A program made the translations under genes and the position numbers. The notes under the pieces were generated by a model that was not told where the DNA came from, did no database searches, and was given only the letters and a program-made list of their open reading frames with translations. This document shows positions 62,091 through 64,000 of a stretch of DNA of 64,000 nt, in pieces. The DNA is taken from IMG/VR virus record IMGVR_UViG_3300036828_000686, positions 2,333 to 66,332 of that record, one strand, 5' to 3'. How positions within the stretch are numbered: position 1 is the first letter of the stretch; every line of letters starts with the position of its first letter. This DNA is from a virus. Its lineage: Duplodnaviria; Heunggongvirae; Uroviricota; Caudoviricetes.

Positions 62091-63086
62091 TCACCGCGTC
62101 CTGACCGTCACCCACTGCGAATGGCTGCCCGGGGCACCCGGCTGGGCGTACACCCCCAGCTTGTAGGTGTGCCGGAACTTCAGGTGACCGAACTTGCAGC
62201 TCGTCGCCGTCTCCGGCAGCTCCTGCGACGGCTGCACATGAACCCCCGTCACCGGGTCCACGATGTCCGCCTTGAACCCGCCCGAGACACCAGACGGGAA
62301 CTTCGCCCCCGACCAGTGGATCGTGGCGTTAGTGAACGCAGCCGACGCGGTCACCGTGGACGGCTGGGTGGCTTTCCCTGGCGGCGGCGGGGGTGGCGGA
62401 GTGGTCCTGAAGCCCGCGAAGTAAGCCAGCATCTCGTCATGCGTGCCGTTGAACGCATCCCGGTCACCCCCGCCAGGGCCCCCGCCGGACTCATACTGCC
62501 AGGCGTGCCACGTCTTCCACGGCGACACATCCGGAGGGGTGGTTCCCGGCCGGGCGATCCACAGGTCATAGCCCGTGCACGACGACAGGTCCGGCAGCAT
62601 CGACGTGAACGTGTACAGCCAGACCGGCGTGTGCCCCGGGCCCACCGCCGCCGCAGCCCCCGCCTTGATCGCGCCCAGGGCCTGCTGCACCGTATTGGTC
62701 AGCGACGTCCCCGCCACGAACTGCGGGTGCGCAGACGTAACCAGCGGCTGGTGCATCCGGGTGACCGGCGCCTCACCGGCTGTTTCCTGGGTGAGGCCGG
62801 AGAAGATCTCCTGGTCCAGGGCCAGCAGGTCACCCTCCTCCAGGCCCTGGCGCTTCACCGTGGCCAGGAAGAAGTCGATCTGCTGGGCCACCGGCAGGCC
62901 CGGGTGAAAGAAGTGGTAGGCCCCCCGCGGGATACCTGCCTTCTTCAGGTTCGCCCAGTTCGCGGCGAACGTGGAATCGGTGAAGGACAGGCCCTCCGTG
63001 GCCTTGACGATCCCCATCGAGTTGGCGTCCCAGCCACTGACAGCCTGGAAGCCGGAACGGTCCTCGAACTGAGCGCTCGCGACCAT
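62091..63086 (-). CDS. GH25 muramidase with Pro-rich linker and C-terminal beta domain
   Basis: GIPRGAYHFF and DLWIARPG GH25 signatures; PPPPPPPG linker. Confidence 0.6.
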   Translation of the reverse strand: MVASAQFEDRSGFQAVSGWDANSMGIVKATEGLSFTDSTFAANWANLKKAGIPRGAYHFFHPGLPVAQQIDFFLATVKRQGLEEGDLLALDQEIFSGLTQETAGEAPVTRMHQPLVTSAHPQFVAGTSLTNTVQQALGAIKAGAAAAVGPGHTPVWLYTFTSMLPDLSSCTGYDLWIARPGTTPPDVSPWKTWHAWQYESGGGPGGGDRDAFNGTHDEMLAYFAGFRTTPPPPPPPGKATQPSTVTASAAFTNATIHWSGAKFPSGVSGGFKADIVDPVTGVHVQPSQELPETATSCKFGHLKFRHTYKLGVYAQPGAPGSHSQWVTVRTR

Positions 63087-63141
63087 GCGCCCATCTCCTC
63101 TCGGTGCAGCAAGCAGATGGGAGCACAGTAGCGCGGATTGA

Positions 63142-63561
63142 TCAGCCGTAGCCGGCGACCGGGTCGTACTTCAGCACGTTCGTCGCCGCCTTCCAGTTGG
63201 ACTTGACCGTGACCGCCGCCGCGATACCGCCGTCCACCTCGAAGTCAGGCAGGATCTGGCCGAACCAGTACATGAACGGATCGGTGATCTGGTTCGGGTA
63301 CATATAAAAGTTGCGGGCAACCCCGTCACGGGCCGCGGTGTAGAGCTGGCGGCTGGAGTCGTCGTAGAAGCCGGCGAACGTGCCGGAAGCATCGGGCAGG
63401 CCCGAGACGTAGATCTTGTTCAGGTCACCGAACGCGGTGACCTCCGGCTGGTCAACCGAGAAGACGATGGTCCAGTCCGACATATACGCGATTGGTGACG
63501 CAGTGCCACCAGACGCTATCGCACAGTAAACCATCCCTCCTTTCCCATGAATCCTAGCCAT
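63142..63561 (-). CDS. putative major tail (tube) protein
   Basis: first gene of minus-strand tail operon; beta-rich 139 aa. Confidence 0.3.
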   Translation of the reverse strand: MARIHGKGGMVYCAIASGGTASPIAYMSDWTIVFSVDQPEVTAFGDLNKIYVSGLPDASGTFAGFYDDSSRQLYTAARDGVARNFYMYPNQITDPFMYWFGQILPDFEVDGGIAAAVTVKSNWKAATNVLKYDPVAGYG

Positions 63562-63646
63562 TTTGTAGGAATCTCCCTTCCCCGGAACGGCCCGGATATA
63601 CGGGTGTATATTCGTTCGTGTGAAGATACGAGAGGGAACATGTCCC

Positions 63647-64000
63647 GTGGGGGGACACGGGTTCACTTATGAAGTGCACGGCGGAACGCAGCCGCGCTAC
63701 TGTCCGGATCACCGCAGATCGCACGAGCGCAACGTTCTCGAAAGCGCTGCTCGCAAGGATCGCCTGGCAACTCTTAGTGAGCGGCGCTGTTCCCGATGCG
63801 GAACTCTTAAGGATGCTTCCGATTTTGCGGGACTGACGGCCGCTTACTGTAAACCCTGCATGGCGAGCTGGGCTCGGGAGAACCGGCGCGCTAACCCCGA
63901 CCCGCTCCGCGCCCGACGCGATAGCCTGACCCGCTACGGGCTTACGTTCGAGGAGTTCGATGCCCTGCTCGCCCAGCAGGGCGGGAAATGTGCGATCTGC
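63647..64000 (+). CDS. HNH / endonuclease VII-family protein (3' truncated by window end)
   Basis: GTG after GAGGGA; ...RRCSRCGTLKD...YCKPC...YGLTFEEFDALLAQQGGKCAIC. Confidence 0.5.
   Translation, partial: MGGHGFTYEVHGGTQPRYCPDHRRSHERNVLESAARKDRLATLSERRCSRCGTLKDASDFAGLTAAYCKPCMASWARENRRANPDPLRARRDSLTRYGLTFEEFDALLAQQGGKCAIC

Noticed and set aside
1-64000. CRISPR arrays, integrase/attP, transposases, rRNA
   Set aside because: No spacer-repeat arrays were seen. No tyrosine or serine recombinase signatures and no IS-like inverted repeats with a transposase were seen. No rRNA-like segments were seen.

Overview
The window is a high-GC (about 68-70%) double-stranded phage or prophage segment, most likely from an actinobacterial siphovirus. 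I see no integrase, attachment site or host housekeeping genes, so it is probably an internal part of a large phage genome.

Layout:
- 1-17.3 kb, mostly + strand: an early region of many small, translationally coupled genes (ATGA/GTGA overlaps). It is full of hairpins and terminators and carries several families of conserved intergenic motifs. Recognisable products include a RecA-like ATPase, a PAPS-reductase-like protein, HTH / sigma-r4-like regulators and Zn-ribbon proteins.
- 17.9-23.75 kb, - strand: an array of about 31 parsed tRNAs plus several tRNA-like remnants. Three HNH endonucleases, a glycoside-hydrolase-like gene and small membrane ORFs are inserted in it.
- 24-26.2 kb: small Cys-rich and winged-helix genes.
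- 26.2-32.8 kb, - strand: a block of about 17 genes that almost all encode membrane, secreted or lipoprotein products. It includes an SPFH/band-7 protein with an NfeD-like partner. This is my best candidate for an undescribed accessory system.
- 32.9-36.6 kb, + strand: a recombination module (RecT-like annealase and a Cas4-like PD-(D/E)XK exonuclease).
- 36.6-47.7 kb: mixed small genes (HNH, SAM methyltransferase, ParB-like nuclease-domain protein, paralogous HTH regulators, RHH protein, DUF1707 and SLOG-like proteins).
- 48.2-63.6 kb, - strand: a tail module. It contains a tape measure protein with an SLT motif, a tail assembly chaperone, a glycine-rich minor tail protein and a tube-like protein. 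It is unusually rich in cell-wall-degrading enzymes (GH25 muramidase, NlpC/P60 peptidase, LysM plus Rpf-like transglycosylase, GH26-like hydrolase), plus an HNH and a second methyltransferase.
- 63.6 kb to the window end, + strand: a truncated EndoVII/HNH gene.

All calls come from manual reading of the ORF translations and hand folding. Coordinates of tRNAs and of start codons are approximate (about +/-5 nt, sometimes one codon).
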